In this document: positions 63,444-64,000 of the stretch, piece after piece
Position numbering within the stretch: the stretch's first letter is position 1
How the letters are laid out: every line of letters starts with the position of its first letter
Assembly: GCA_030390025.1 (NCBI GenBank)
Contig: CM059438.1
Coordinates: 62,436,001-62,500,000, forward strand
Length of the DNA stretch: 64,000 nt
DNA from: Squalus acanthias
Lineage: Eukaryota
Direction: 5' to 3'
Notes under the pieces: generated by a model
What the model was told of the DNA's origin: nothing
The model's input: only the letters and a program-made list of their open reading frames with translations
Database searches by the model: none
Made by a program: the position numbers and the translations under genes

Positions 63444-64000
63444 AAATTGAGAGGTCGCACAACACCAGGTTATAGTCCAACAGTTTTATTTGAAATCACA
63501 AGCTTTCGGAGCTATCGATTGCTCCTTCCTCAGGTGAAGTAAATTAGATACAGAATCGCCAAAGCATATATAGATAGAGAACAAAGCATGTGTACCTTAC
63601 AATTGCAGACCACTAAATTAAATCATCCTGACTATCTGCCGAGGTGTGATAAAGTTAATTAAGTCAGCCAGGAAGGTACCACATCAAAGACATAGCAAGA
63701 TACAACTGAGACAATGAGGTGTAGTCGCAGGGGTTCTAACGTGTCAAAAGCTGCCGTCTGTATGTAAAACGAAAAGCTTTAAAACTTTTTACTTTTTTAC
63801 TGGGAAAATTTTTACTTTTTTACTGGGAATCACATCTGTGAACAAGCCAACGACGACTCGAGTCCGGATCACGTCATGTATCGTGACATAAACCCAAGAT
63901 CCCGGTTGAGACCGTCTTCATGAGTGCGGAACTTGGCTATCAGTTTCTGCTCGATGATTTTGCGTTGTCGTGTGTTTCTAAGGTTGCCTTGGAGAACGCT
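63444..64000 (-). mobile_element. Penelope-like element family B, 3' end (runs off window)
   Basis: Minus strand 64000-63869 encodes SVLQGNLRNTRQRKIIEQKLIAKFRTHEDGLNRDLGFMSRYMT* (GIY-YIG C-terminal RxxxE...GLN), followed by UTR and the hammerhead-bearing repeat. Confidence 0.9.
63496..63537 (-). ncRNA. Hammerhead motif (family B)
   Basis: Minus strand TCAC-CTGAGGA-A-GGAGC-AATCGATA-GCTCC-GAA-AGCT-T-GTGA. Confidence 0.82.

Overview
Repeat-rich vertebrate genomic DNA. The SacSINE1/DeuSINE-type SINEs, CR1, L2, RTE, Penelope-like and Harbinger elements point to a cartilaginous fish (inference). One protein-coding gene is supported: an NPDC1 homologue on the + strand. It has 8 coding exons (8635-8731, 39938-40042, 42504-42686, 46717-46783, 47275-47362, 49786-49865, 51438-51537, 53435-53506; 263 aa), a CCAAT/CRE-type promoter and a probable ~3.8-kb 3'UTR. 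I could not find the cysteine-rich exon 2 known from tetrapod NPDC1. Every long ORF in the track is transposon-derived or spurious. The most notable content is two families of Penelope-like retroelements (PLEs). Their terminal repeats carry minimal type I hammerhead ribozyme motifs with covarying stems, and their insertions record template switching. Examples are a nested insertion that captured an inverted 116-bp copy of nearby host DNA, a 136-bp near-perfect palindrome centred on the ribozyme stem II, and a tandem sense ribozyme pair with an antisense copy between them in NPDC1 intron 1. The window also holds a ~370-bp templated inverted duplication flanked by a 39-bp direct repeat, and a Harbinger transposon nested in a CR1 with a reconstructable empty site. 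No rRNA, true tRNA or CRISPR features were seen. Repeat boundaries without a TSD are approximate.
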